A DNA stretch of 64,000 nt, from the NCBI RefSeq assembly GCF_001194135.2, contig NC_068985.1:42149000-42212999 (forward strand). Direction: 5' to 3'. Shown here in pieces: positions 41,880-54,735 of this stretch. This stretch comes from Octopus bimaculoides (taxonomy: Eukaryota). How positions within the stretch are numbered: the stretch's first letter is position 1; every line of letters starts with the position of its first letter. The notes below the pieces were generated by a model. That model did not search any database. It saw only the letters and a list, made by a program, of their open reading frames with translations, and was not told the origin of the DNA. Made by a program: the position numbers and the translations under genes.

Positions 41880-42157
41880 GTAGGTTTCATTTTATGTAAT
41901 CTCCCAGGGAGAAATGTTTAGGTGGAATGGTCGAATGTAAAAGATATTGAACCTGTAACCTTATAGTTCTCCAGTTCAAATCTACTACAGGCGTATATGT
42001 ATATCACTGTGCATATTAGCACAATATTTTATAGTACGCATGTCAGTTCATTAATTCATTTAGCTGTTTGGGAGGAGAAACCAAAACGTGTGAAACTCTA
42101 ATCTTCCAAAATCTAGAATCTCAATTAAGAGAACACTTATATTTGATTCCTTTAATG

Positions 42158-42486
42158 CAGTGGTTCTCAATCATATAATTTTGTGGGGAGGGGGCACGCA
42201 ACAAAATGATAAATTGGGGGTCCACAATAGTATTTCAAGTACCCCTGCCAAAATTTTGCATTAGACGTATGTATTGCTATGTATTTCAAGAAACATTTAG
42301 ATTTCTTTCTCTAACATTTTACATAGTTGAACCTATTCAAAGGAATGTTTGAGAAACAAAATTGGAATTTTGAAAGAAGTTTCTATAAAACTAGTTTTTA
42401 AAATTCGAATAGCTATTGGATGGGATCCATCAGAATAAAATAATAGTCAAAGGGGTCCATAGATAAAAAATGGTTGAGACCCCCTG
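42158..42486. mobile_element. hAT-type MITE
   Basis: TIRs cagtggttctcaa and ttgagaccccctg. Perfect 8-bp TSD CTTTAATG at 42150-42157 and 42487-42494. Confidence 0.88.
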
Positions 42487-42708
42487 CTTTAATGGAACTA
42501 AATATTTTCCATTCTATTAGATTTAGAAAATATATTATGCCAGATCTGAATTGTCATTAAGAGGGTCTTTGGACATTAATGAAAGCAAGTACGTGAGCCT
42601 ATTCATGTTTTATATAATGAAATAATTATATTAAAATTTTCAAGGAGAATTTCAAGTTTTGAAGTAATATTACATTTAAATAATCTACTAAAGAACTAAT
42701 ACATTTTG

Positions 42709-42791
<83 letters not shown>

Positions 42792-43180
42792 TATGTGTGT
42801 GTGTGTGAGAGAGAAAGAGAGACTGTGTGCCCGTGTAAATGTACGTATGTGTGTGTGTATGTGTGTGGCATCTGCTTTAAGAAAATCTCTTAGAAATATT
42901 ATTTTTTAAAAATTGTAAATAATCTGTCGATAACGCCTTCTTTTATTTGAATTAGATGGCATTCTTTTCAATTAGACTGATATTTCGATAAACCTGAAAC
43001 ATGATAGAACAGAGAAACAATAGCGATGAAATAAGATTTGAAACTATGCTGTTGGAGTGACTACATGGAAAGAGTAGATCACGTCATGTAGTCGTCTTCA
43101 ATACCTTGGGGTCTATCTTAAATGCATGTCATTCTTAAATGCATATCTATCTTAAATGCATATCAATATTTCATTTTCAG

Positions 43181-43282
43181 TTCATTGTGGAGGTGAAGTA
43201 TGTCATGAAAATGCTACATGTGAAGAAAACAAATGTAGATGCCATGTAGGACTGTATGGTGATGGAGTTACAACATGTAGAA
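43181..43282 (+). CDS. Exon: EGF-like domain (HCGGEVCHENATCEENKCRCHVGLYGDGVTTCR)
   Basis: cattttcAG acceptor, GTAAGT donor, phase 1/1. Six-Cys EGF pattern with CxC..G..GDG..C. Not in the ORF track because it is too short. Confidence 0.88.
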
Positions 43283-43751
43283 GTAAGTTCATTTTGTTGT
43301 TTTTGCTTTCAGAGGTATTGTAATCCATTGAGGCGGATCAAATCACGGATCATATCACGTGATGGATCAAACTCATAGTATTGCCCCCAATACATTAAAA
43401 CTCGTTGTTATTTCTTCATTATGGACGCATGAATGAATGCATGGTTAAGAAGTTTCTGTAGAAACTACTTGAGTTTGTGTTCAATCCCACTGCATGACAG
43501 CTTGGACAAATATCTTCGGCGCAACTAAAGTCTATTTCAAGTTTAAATTCTGCTGTGAGTGTTTTTTATTCTGACAGGGTCGAGCAAACATCAGTTGAGT
43601 ATTGAGTGAGATTGATTAAGTCAATAGACACCAGTCACAGTATTTGAGGACATATATTTCTTATAAACACTGTCATATTTCTGAAAATTAGGTCTTTGGA
43701 TTAACTTATACCATATTCCTGTCAATAACAAGTGTTATTATCAAGAATAAC

Positions 43752-44061
43752 GGGTATATGGCGTAGTGGTTAAGAGCGCGGGCTACTAATCCCAAGATTC
43801 CGAGTTCGATTCCAAGCAGTGACCTGAATAATAATAATAGTAATAATAATGATAATAATAATAATGATAATGATGATGATGATGATGATGATAACAACAA
43901 CAACAACAACATCGAAAAATACCTTAGGAATGAGAACCCAAGTTCGAAATTTCCCCAAGACACCTGATGAAGGCTGGAGAGTATATCAGCCGAAACGTTG
44001 TGTTAACAACAAACAAGATGAGGACAAATATCCGTCAAATGTAAATAATGTAAATAATGTA
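43752..44061 (+). mobile_element. tRNA-derived SINE with internal microsatellite and Penelope-like tail
   Basis: A box tggcgtagtgg (43759) and B box gagttcgattcc (43802). Tail ctgatgaaggctg...cagccgaaacg. Confidence 0.7.
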
Positions 44062-44225
44062 CAAGAATGTTACACACTCCAAGTTTAGTTCATCTTGTGG
44101 AACAAAAGAGAGAAACATTTATTTGATACCAAAATATGATGTTAAAGATAATAACTATTTTAACCAGCCACATTGTTAATTTTCAATAGTATATATTTTC
44201 TTTGTTGCCGTTTTTCTTCTCACAG

Positions 44226-44488
44226 GCACCCTAGGTGTATGTTCCTGTCTGGTGTCTGGATTATCTCGTTACCGAACATACGACGGTCAGATGATCCACT
44301 ACCTCTCTACATGTCCTGTAGAATTAACAACAACTGTTGGTCAGAGTGATGACACAAAGCTGTCTGTCTACTCCACTACGCTGTTCAGTAATGAACTCAT
44401 GCTGTCATTTGGAACACGGCGCTACAGGACGGCGAATGTCACAATAAATGGACTGAATATTTATATGGACACGAGTGGTAAAGCTTAT
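44226..44488 (+). CDS. Exon: VWD domain, N-terminal half (CSCLVSGLSRYRTYDGQMIHYLSTCPVEL...)
   Basis: ttcttctcacAG acceptor, GTAAGT donor, phase 1/0. The C...Y.TYDG....Y..TC VWD signature is present. Confidence 0.88.
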
Positions 44489-44738
44489 GTAAGTGCCTCA
44501 AGTGATATTATATCATATGTTATAGTGTTATCAAGTAAAATTATATCATATTTTATGACAATATATTTTGTATTTTCTGTTTAGATGTGGTTATGTGGTT
44601 AAGTAGATTGCTTCCTTAACACATGGTTTTGGTTTCAATCCCACTTTGTGGCATCTTGAGCAAGTGTCTTCTACTATATCCCTAGGCTGACCAAAGCCTT
44701 GAGAGTGGATTTGGTAGATGGAAATTGAAAGTTCTCCG

Positions 44739-44770
<32 letters not shown>

Positions 44771-44903
44771 TGTACATGTGTGCGTATGTGTGTGAGAGTG
44801 CGTATGTTTGTGCTCCTTGCCTTGACATCTCGTGATTATTGTAAATGAATGTTTTCATTCATTTCTAATATTTGGCAAAAACATTTCTGGTCACAGCGAA
44901 ATA

Positions 44904-46185
44904 TTAGGTTGTCAAGAAACTTCATGCGGAATTTTTAATTTTAGTTTTAAATGATGTATTTTCAAATTAATTTTCGTTAAATTACTTTGACTTTATATAT
45001 CATTTTAAAGCCCGTTTTTCGCTCTATCTAATCGTGTTACTCTTTTTCTTTTTGAATAATTAGGCCATTTTTTTCCGGAACGTTGAATACAACATGGACA
45101 AAAAGCAAATTCGCACAATTTTCTTATTCCAGTTCAAGCTAGGCCGAAAAGCTGCTGAAACAGCTCGCGATATCAACGATGTGTTTGGCCCAGGAACCAC
45201 TAATGAACGTACAGCACAATGGTGGTTCAAGAAATTTCGTAGCGGTGACGAGAGTCTTGAAGATGATAAGCGTAGTGGTCGGCCATCGGATGTTGACAAC
45301 TATCAACTAAGAGCCTTAGTCGAAGCCAATCCACGCACAACTGTTCGAGAGCTTGCTTCTGAATTAGACGTAACATATACGACAATTTCCTACCACTTGA
45401 AAGAGATTGGTAAAACAAAAATACTTGAGAAATGGGTACCGCTCAAATTGAACGACAAAAAAAAAACGCCATTTCGAAGTGTTGTCTTCCCTTCTTTTAC
45501 GCAACAAGAACAACCCATTTCTCGACCGGATTGTGACTTGCGATGAAAAGTGGATTCTTTACGACAACCGGCGACGCTCAGCTCAGTGGTTGAACACCGA
45601 CGAAGCTCCACGGCACTTCCCAAAGCCAAAGTTGCACCAAAAGAAGGTCATGGTGATTGTTTGGTGGTCTGCGACCGGTCTCATCTATCACAGTTTTTTG
45701 GATCCAGGCGAAACCATTACGGCGGAGTACTGTCAGCAAATGGATGAAATGCATAAGAAACTCCAACAACAACAGCCAGCATTGATCAATAGAAAAGGAC
45801 CAATTCTTCTACACGACAACGCTCGGCCGCATGTCGCACAACTGACCCTGCAGAAGTTGAACGAATTGGGCTATGAAACTCTGTCTCATCCGCCATACTC
45901 ACCAGGCCTCTCGCTTACCGACTACCACTTTTTCAAGCATCTCGACAACTCCCTGCGTGAGAAATGCTTCAAAAACCAAGATGATGCCAAACACGCCTTC
46001 AACGACTTCATCGCTACCAGAACGCAAGATTTTTACGTTACTGGCATAAATAAACTTGTTTCGCGTTGGCAAAAGTGTGTTGATTCTGATAGTGTTTATT
46101 TCGATGAATAAAGTTTCGTTTGAGCCAAGATATGTGCATCTGAATTTAAAGGTTAAAAACCGCAAGAACTTTCTTGACAACCTAA
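44904..46185 (+). mobile_element. Full-length 1,282-bp mariner (DD34D, Hsmar1/cecropia-like), one frameshift from intact
   Basis: TIRs ttaggttgtcaagaaa and tttcttgacaacctaa with TA TSD. Transposase 45094-46111: [31 protein letters not shown] (34-residue spacing). Frameshift at A10, 45457-45466. Confidence 0.93.
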
Positions 46186-46300
46186 TATTACCTTGCTTGG
46201 AAACAGGTAAGGATAGGCGATAGAAAGGGCATCTGGCTGTAGAAAATCTGCCTTATCAACCTTTGCTCGACCCATGCATGCTCGAAAAAGTGGACGTTAA

Positions 46301-46349
<49 letters not shown>

Positions 46350-47222
46350 TTGGTGGTGGTGGTGGTGGTGGTGGTGGTTGTCGTCGTCGTCGTGGTAATG
46401 GTGGTGTCTCATTAAACAAGTACTATCAACAAGTATTCTTGAAGGATGCTTAAATTAAGTTCAGTTGTTATTTCTCATGTAACTATGATGCCATAGTTTA
46501 CTGTTGTTTAAATTGTTACTAAACCCTTTTACAACTGCAATATCATTGATATTTATGGTTTTAGTGTTTGCAGAAAATGATTGGGTTCCTGACCTTCACA
46601 AGACTTCCAAAATTACTTTTGCATGTAATTTTCAGATGGCCCCAGCTACAAGACAATGGCTTTTGTGTAGGAAAATCATGGGTTGTAAAAGAATTCCAAG
46701 GGGTAAACTTCTGAAGGAAGAAGGATTGGGTGTAGGGTAGGTACTAGGGCAGGGCACACCCAACAGGACTGGTGAGAAGAAGAGGTATGCTAGCGGAGGG
46801 GAGGAAGTTAACAAGTTGTTAGGTAGAATGATATGTCACACCATAATATCAATGGGTAGAGGAATATATCACACAGTGATATCGCTGTTGCTATAGGATA
46901 GCTGTTGTGACACAGATATATTTTCTCAAGAATCACGTATTAAGTCTATATTTTAATTTACACAACATATAATGTATCTTCTACCATTGTACTCAATGTT
47001 CTATTGGTATGAAGAATGAAGATCATGATGAAGAACACATATGCACCCCCCCCCCACACACACACACACAAGCACACACACAAGCACACACTCACACTCA
47101 CACGCACACACACACACACACACGAACAAACACCCCCCCACACACACACACTCACACATACACACACACGCACTCATGTGTCTCGAACAGGGACTTTTAT
47201 CTGTTTGTCTTGCACTATTCAG

Positions 47223-47503
47223 GTGAACGACGTGAAGATAACGTTACCTTTCAAAGACAATCAAATCAATGTGAGTATAAGCTACACAGCAGGATGGATA
47301 ACAATCTGCTCAGAAGATGGAGTGACAGTCAGTTATGACAGCAAACATCGAATTAAGATGTTCTTACCAAAGGAATACCGAGGTAAACTGACTGGCATCT
47401 GTGGAAACTGTAACGGTGTACATGACGAGCTCAAAACTAGACATGGCGTAACTACGACGAATTCTGAAATCATTGGCAATAGCTATTCACTGAATACTTC
47501 ACA
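47223..47503 (+). CDS. Exon: VWD domain, C-terminal half (VNDVKITLP...LPKEYRGKLTGICGNCNG...IIGNSY)
   Basis: ctattcAG acceptor, GTAAGT donor, phase 0/2. VWD motifs LP..Y.G...GICGN and GNS(Y/W). Confidence 0.9.
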
Positions 47504-48825
47504 GTAAGTTCAATTTCTCCTTTGTAAACTTTACTTGTCCAGCAAATCAAATAAATGTAAATGTTCACTTTAGAAGTAAATTACCTCTACTGTGGTCATC
47601 TCGCTTGTAACCAGTTTTGGAAATAAACCGGGATTGCATCTTGTATAAGCTAATTCACTTCCTAATAAGTTGCACTATATATAACTCAGTGACTTTCATA
47701 ACCAAGTCTGTCAATTTCTTACTACTATAGTTGCTTTTCTCAATAGCATCACCATGATGAAAATACTGCTCTGCCAATTACTACACTAGATTATTGGCTA
47801 TGCGACTTAACTAATGCAACATGGGATAGCTGGGATATTTGGAACAGTGCCGTAACGTACAGTTCGGGGGCTGGTATAGATCTTGATACCAAAGTTTGAT
47901 GCCAACCCCCTCCAAGATCTTCCACATGTTTATTACTGCATATATTTCCCATCTTCATTCCAGGGAGTAGAGTCGTAACTTTCAATCTTTCCAGTAGCTC
48001 AGCTCTTCCATTGATGTAATCTTCTTGATGTAACACCGTTGAACCGCCTCAAGTTCTGTTATTAACTTGACGCTCTAAGGTGACCACAGTTGAGAGCAAT
48101 ATTCCAGACGGCGGAGTACAAATGTCCTCCATAGAACCAGCATAGTTTCCTGGTCCCTTGTTCTGAAGACTCTCAGAATCCATCTGGCCATGAAACGAAG
48201 TATCGTTACTCACATCAATCCCCAGAGCATGCACTGTAGGTGACTCTGAGATTACCGCTCCTTTATATATGTATATGTATATATACATATGTGTGTGTGT
48301 GTGTCTGTGTGTGTGTGTGTGTGTTCTCCACAACCACTTGACAACCGGTGTTGTGTTTAAGTCCCTGTAACTTAGCGGTTCGGTAAAAGATGCTGATACA
48401 ATATGTATATACGACAGACTTCTTTCAGTTTCCGTCTACCAAATCCACTCACAAAGATTTGGTCGGCTTGAGGATATACTAGAAGACACTTGCCCAAGGT
48501 GACACGCGGTGGGACTGAACTCGGAACTATGCGGTTCTGAAGCAAACTTCTTACCACACAGTCAAGCCTGCAGAATTATCATAAAATTGCATATCAGATT
48601 AACAGACTGGTCATCTTATTTCTACGTGTCTTTTATTGTCTGTAAACTGTATGATTAGTCACACTATAATAAAATGTATGCTTTAGCATAATTAACTGGG
48701 ACTACAAAACAACACTAATAACTGTGTATAGTAACAAAGATGTAATCAAGGGGTTTTATTTATATTTGTACACTGGCCCAAACATAACAAAATATTAGTT
48801 GTTTTTCTTTGTTTTTCTTTACCAG

Positions 48826-49091
48826 TTCTTGCGGGCCAGTATCTATCAAGAAATGCGAAAGAGGTGTTAAACGCTGTGAACTCATGCGATCGGGAATGTT
48901 TGCAGACTGTCATCCTTATTTAGATGATGGTCTTGTACAAAGTTACTATGATTCGTGTATGCATATGACCTGTGCATTTAGATCCTACACCGACTACATG
49001 GATAAGCTAACTTGTGCTGCACTGGAGAGCTTAGACACTGAATGCATGAGCCGTGGTTATATCGTGGAATGGAGATCACAGCGACTGTGCC
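48826..49091 (+). CDS. Exon: C8 domain 2 (SCGPVSIKKC...FADCHPYL...YYDSCMHMTC...ECMSRGYIVEWRSQRLC)
   Basis: tttcttaccAG-type pyrimidine-rich acceptor, GTAAGT donor, phase 2/1 matching its neighbours. Classic C8 motifs F..CH..L, Y..C...C, C...G....WR....C. Confidence 0.9.
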
Positions 49092-49388
49092 GTAAGTATT
49101 TCAGCTTTAAAAGATTATTGTTGCTGCTATTAAAACAAAAATATGTTTTGGGTGCGAAATATCGCTTAAAAGAGTGAGAGGACTTCTTGCCAAACTGATT
49201 TTCCTTAGCCAAAAGTTTCAAAGATGTCCCAACATCCTATAGATATATACACGGCTGTAGTGTCACAACACAGCACCGTTTGACAACATCTCTGATACGT
49301 CAATGTATGGTACCACCATTTCATACTATTCTTTTTTGTAATTAGATTAATCATATATTTTTAGACTGACTTAGGGCATACAGCATAT

Positions 49389-49775
49389 TGTTGTTGTTGG
49401 CACTCCGTCGCTTACGACGTCGAGGGTCCCAGTTGATTCGATCAATGGAACAGCCTGCTCGTGAAATTAACGTGCAAGTGGCCGAGCACTCCACAGACAC
49501 ATGTACCCTTAACGTAGTTCTCGGGGATATTCAGCGTGACACAGTGTGACAAGGCTGACACTTTGAATTACAGGCACAACAGAAACAGGAAGTAAGAGTG
49601 AGAGAAAGTTGTGGTGGAAGAGTACAGCAGGGTTCGCCACCATCCCCTGCCGGAGCCACGTGGAGCTTTTGGTGTTTTCGCTCAATAAACACTCACAACG
49701 CCCGGTCTGGGAATTGAAACCGCGATCCTATTACCGCGAGTCCGCTGCCCTAACCACTGGGCCATTGCGCCTCCA
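49389..49775 (-). mobile_element. tRNA-derived SINE (third family)
   Basis: Minus head tggaggcgcaatggcccagtggttagggcagcggactcgcgg...ggtttcaattcc with A/B boxes; (caa)n tail. Confidence 0.75.
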
Positions 49776-50239
49776 CATACAGCATATATGGCCACTATGA
49801 ATCGTCAGGCTACCTTTAGTGCCCCAACCTGAAAATCCTGATTTAAAAGTTATAGTTATGTTTATGTGGATTTTGTATATTATTTATTTAAAATGTAGCA
49901 AATAAGTAAACAAGGTAAAACTTATAAAATTATTTTAAATCAATGGGCTATAAAATAAAAGGATATAAAAGAAATAAACTATAAAAATATTATTTAAAAA
50001 AACCGACAATATCTTTCTTTATATGCTAAAAAAAAATCTAAAATACATCAAAATTAAAAGTTAGAGATTGGACACTTAATGCAACTTAACAAATAACTAT
50101 TTTAAGCGAAATAGACTCAATTAGATGCATAACTTTCGCTTTTTGAGTACATAGCATTGTTGAAATATAAAAATGATGCGAATATGATATGAAAGAAAGA
50201 AATATTAATGAATATTAAAAGTTATTTTTTGAAAGAACC

Positions 50240-51050
50240 AGGAATCATCTGAGTGAACTCACGGAGCAAAAGATCCGTAACTCAACGGAAGAAGATCGCC
50301 GAGTAAAAGCGGTTGGATTTGCCCACCAAAGACAATAGAAACAAGGACTCGAGCGCCCTCTGTCTTAGAAGAATTCTTGAGTGCTGATCAGAGAAAATCG
50401 TCCTTCTTCCTGTGTTCTGCTGCTGACCTCTTGCCAACCACAAATAACGTTAAAATATGGAGCAAAGAGGAAGACCCCTTCTTGCAAGCAGTGTAGAGGA
50501 ACTCTTTGCACTCCAAACCATATTTTGACCGGATTCCTTAAAGCGCAGGGAGAAGACCAATACAAGTGGAAATACGACACGGTCCTGACAGAATTCACTA
50601 ACTGGACTACCTCCAGAAGGTTAAGGCCAACGAAGAGCAGTTATTACTTCCCAAGAGTATCATATTCCTAAGGTGACAAGGCTCTTGCAGCGAAAGCAAC
50701 GGAAGAGGACTTTTTAAAAAATATTTTGCATCCAGCCTCAAACTAGGAGATGCAGATAAACCTGAAGAGTAGACTCGTCTTATCAGAGGAGAATGCAATG
50801 ACATCACTCTGACCAGACATGTTCCTACTATCTAGCAGTGCAAAAACACTCATCGTAGTGGAATTCACATTGACTTGACATTTCCCACCACCTGAAGTAA
50901 ACCAAACATAAGAACTTGGTCGATCAGGTGTTTGCCAAGCATGCGGCTTCACTCTCTGTTGAAATGGGCAGGTTTCTAACTAGATCGGGGCGCTATTTCC
51001 TCAGGAAGATCGGTTTGGAACACAAACACCTGAAAAAGCCACCAACTATC
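50240..51050 (+). mobile_element. Decayed RLE-type LINE 3' part (HERO/NeSL-like)
   Basis: CKQCRGTLCTPNHILTG...YKWKYDTVL (CCHC knuckle-like); PDMFLLSSSAKTLIVVEFT (RLE PD..E-like); SVEMGR. Confidence 0.6.
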
Positions 51051-51449
51051 ATGATAATTAGCCAAGAAATCATTACTACATTAGATGCATTGAGCAAGAA
51101 GTTGTAATTAATTACAAATCTACCGATTAGATCATTTCAACAAGTCTACCAGGGGCGACAACTCTAAAACTCAAATCAAAAAGTTGACAACACTGAACTC
51201 TTAATTGCTATAGCATAACATGTATAATACACAAACACCTGAAGAAAGCCACTAACTATCATAATAATTAGCCAAGAAATCACTACTACATTAGATGCAT
51301 TGAGCAAGAAGCTGTAATTAATTACAAATCTACCGATTAGATCACTATTTAAATTTCAACAAGTCTACCAGGGGAGACAACTCTAAAACTCAAATCAAAA
51401 GGTTGACAACACTGAAATCTCAATTGCTATAGCATAACGATGTATAATA
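51021..51449 (+). repeat. Tandem direct duplication, two units of about 210-220 bp (51021-51229, 51230-51449)
   Basis: Both start cacaaacacctgaa.aaagccac.aactatc and end gcataac.atgtataata. Confidence 0.92.
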
Positions 51450-52231
51450 CACTTTTTCTCCACCGTATAAAGATGTGTATAATACATGGTATTAGATAGT
51501 GATATTCTGTTCCAACTCGCTAAGACAATTTTTGGAGCATACACGTATTATATATAAAGGTCGGTGGCCGAGTACTTAAGATGATACACTCTCGATCTTG
51601 CAATCGAGGATTTGGTTCTCAGACCAGCGGTGTGTTGTGTTCTTGGTTGAAATACTTCCTTTCACGGCGATAGATGGGTAACCCTGCGACGGACTAGCGT
51701 TCAGCTCAGTGGGTATATTGGCCTACCTGTCTGGCCAACGGAACGGTATCCTTCGCATTGTTGTAACTTTCAAATGATACCGTCCCGTTAGCCAGACAGG
51801 TAGGCAATAATGTATAACAACATCGATAGTCTAATCGATACAGTGATTATACATGTTAGTATAATATTAAACATGGACTTTTACAGTAATTAAGAATGGA
51901 AATAGACATGCAGTGACGGGGGGGGGGAATAAATCTGTTTCTGTATCGTGCAGAGGTAACAAATGGTCTTAACTTGATGATGATGATGATGATGACGACG
52001 ACGACATCAGTGACAAATATGATTATTTCAGTTTTCCAGACCTCTTCAAACAACAATAGTTCCTGTTAGATTCATAGAGAAGAATTATCATATGTATGTA
52101 CAGTAATGCACAAAAGTAGATGTAAAATATGATGTCCAAGTCAAAATAGCCAAAACCGCCATCGACCATTTTTTTTTTTTTTTTTTTTTTTTACTAAACA
52201 AATTTCTGATCTTGTTCTATTTCTGTTTCAG

Positions 52232-52428
52232 CTGTAAGTTGTTGTAGACCAATGATGTATAACCAACACGTTAATGAAACAGAAGAAAGTTGTGTTCCCT
52301 CACTAGAAGTCTGTCCAATAAGACCTGTAGATGGTTGTACATGTGCTGAAGGATATGTATTAGATAATAACAAATGTGTTCTCCCTCGAGACTGTGGCTG
52401 TTGGTACAACAATTCTCTCTATATTCAG
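52232..52428 (+). CDS. Exon: TIL domain 2 (...DGCTCAEGYVLDNNKCVLPRDCGCWY)
   Basis: ctgtttcAG acceptor, GTAATG donor, phase 1/0. TIL pattern. Confidence 0.9.
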
Positions 52429-52967
52429 GTAATGGGCCAGTATATTTTTACTTTATATTTCCATTATATAATTATTTAGGTACAGAACAAGACACTCTAT
52501 AGTCAACTTTTGAAAGGGAAATTAAAATCACCCCTTCTCTCTGGAAATTCAAGTGCAAATAGGACAAGTGCAAATAGCTTCTCAGGCCTTGCCATACCGT
52601 GGTTGAAGTGAAGTCCAAAGTTCAGCAGAACAGAGGTAGTACAGACAGTGTTAAATACTCCCTACAGTTGTGTGATGGCTGCAATAGGTTTGATAATGCC
52701 ATTGTTCTTGGTTGCTGTTTTATTAGTGTTTCACTATCAGGATCTTGGAGATGCTGAAATGCACCAACCTCTCTCACTGCCAGGTGATTCAGTATAATGT
52801 CACTACACTGGCTAGAACCGAAGTTGCAACAGATCAGATCCTCCTCAGCATCCTTCAGGGTGGCTTTGCCAAATTTAGTATATAAAAAGTAGGAGTTACA
52901 ACCACTTGATGCCCTATTTCTGCTATATAAAGGATTTCATGGTAGTCTGAGTTGGCCTTGGTCTCAA

Positions 52968-53002
<35 letters not shown>

Positions 53003-53628
53003 CGACGATGACGACAATAACATCAATGACAACAATGACTATGACTCAGCAATGATGATAATGGCGATGATGATGATGTGGCAACAGTGAGGATGATGAG
53101 CTATTTAAAAAATCAATGGAAATATATTTTCCTTGGTTTGATAAAAACATCGACTGCCATCAATAACATCATACAGCAACTTTTGACGTTTTGCTCTCTG
53201 TTGAATAATCTATTGACCACATTATGTTGCTTTTTGTGATAACCAGCTGACACAGATTCAAAGATTTATGTATCACAGAACACAACAAAATAGGCAGTGA
53301 TTTAGTGTGATGCCCATAAACTAATTTTGATTTAAACTTGGGAGTGGCAAGGTAAAAGATCATAATTAGTGAGTTATTATGGTTCATATCTTCATATTAG
53401 GGCCATGGTGCATTGCTAACAGTAACAGTTAATACTCATTTGTTCTAGCTATATATACTGTAAATAGATAACACATAGAGATGCACTTCTCTACTTTAGA
53501 TATCATATAGGGATGCACTCCTACTCTTCAGAAACCATATAGAGATAAGTGCTCTTTAAGCAGCACTAGAAGCACAAATTAAGGAATGTTTCATTAGCTC
53601 ACCATTCTGTATCCCAATTTCAGCAGTA

Positions 53629-54735
53629 CATCATCATAATCATCATTTAACGCCTGTTGTTCATGATGGCATGGGCTGGACTGTTTGACCAGGGCTGTTT
53701 GACCAGGGCTGTTTGACCAGGGCTGTTTGACCAGGGCTGTTTGACCAGGGCTGTTTGACCAGGGCTGGCAAGCTGGAAAGCTGCATCAGACTCCAGTCTC
53801 ATTTGACATGGTTTTCTATGGCTGGATGCCCTTCCTAATGCCAACCACTCTGAGAGTGTAGTGGGTACTTTTATGTGCCACTGGCACAGGTGCCATTCAT
53901 GTGAAACCAGTATCTACCATGACTGCAATTTTGCTTGGCTTGATGGGTCTTCTTCTCAAGCACAACATAATGCCAAACGTCTTGGTCATTGCCTCTGTGA
54001 GGCCCAAGACTCAAAAGGAACCCAGCCACTTTGTCTCCATGAGGCCCAATGCTCAAAAGGAACTCAGTCACTTTGCCTCCGTGAGGCCTAACACTTGAAA
54101 GGTGCTCTTTATGTGCCATCAGTACAAGTCTCAGTTGCATGACACCAGCATCAGCCATGACTATAACTTCACTTAGCTTGACTGGTCTTCTGAAGCACAG
54201 CATATTACCAAAGGTCTCAGTCACTAGTCATTGCCTCTGTGAGGTTCAAAATTCATGCTTCATCACCTCATTCCATGTCTTCCTGGGTCTACCTCTGCCA
54301 CAGGTTCCCTTCACAGTTACAGATCAGCACTTTTTTACACAGCTATTCTCATCCATACACATCACATGACCATATTAGTGCAGTTGTCTCTCTTGCACAC
54401 CACATCCGATGCGTCTTATACCTAACTTTTCTATCAAGATGCTTACACTCTGTCAAACATGAATACTGACATTGCACATCCAGCAAAGCATACTGGCTTC
54501 ATTTCTTTCAAACCTATGCATTTCCTTAGCTGTCACAGCCCATGTTTCACTGCCATGTAGCATAGCTGTTTGCACACAGGTGTCATACAATCTCCCGTTC
54601 ACTCTGAGAGGTAGGCCCTTTGTTGCCAGTAGAGGTAGGAGCTCTCTGAACTTTGCCCAGCCTAATCTTATTCTCACAGCTATACTCTTGGAGCATCCAT
54701 CTCCACTACTATCTTGGTCACCTAGATTCATATTC
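53629..54735 (-). mobile_element. RTE-clade LINE 3' fragment with (GAT)n tail
   Basis: GDGCSKSIAVRIRLGWAKFRELLPLL...GRLYDTCVQTAMLHGSETWAV...ASMLCWMCNV (54453-54737). The 3' tail contains ggctggatgcccttcct..cgccaacc on the plus strand. Confidence 0.85.
53681..53764. repeat. Six perfect copies of 14-mer CTGTTTGACCAGGG
   Basis: Direct reading. Confidence 0.95.

Noticed and set aside
43752-43830. tRNA genes (also 49700-49775 and the heads of other SINEs)
   Set aside because: A/B boxes are present but there is no complete cloverleaf, and they continue into multicopy SINE bodies.
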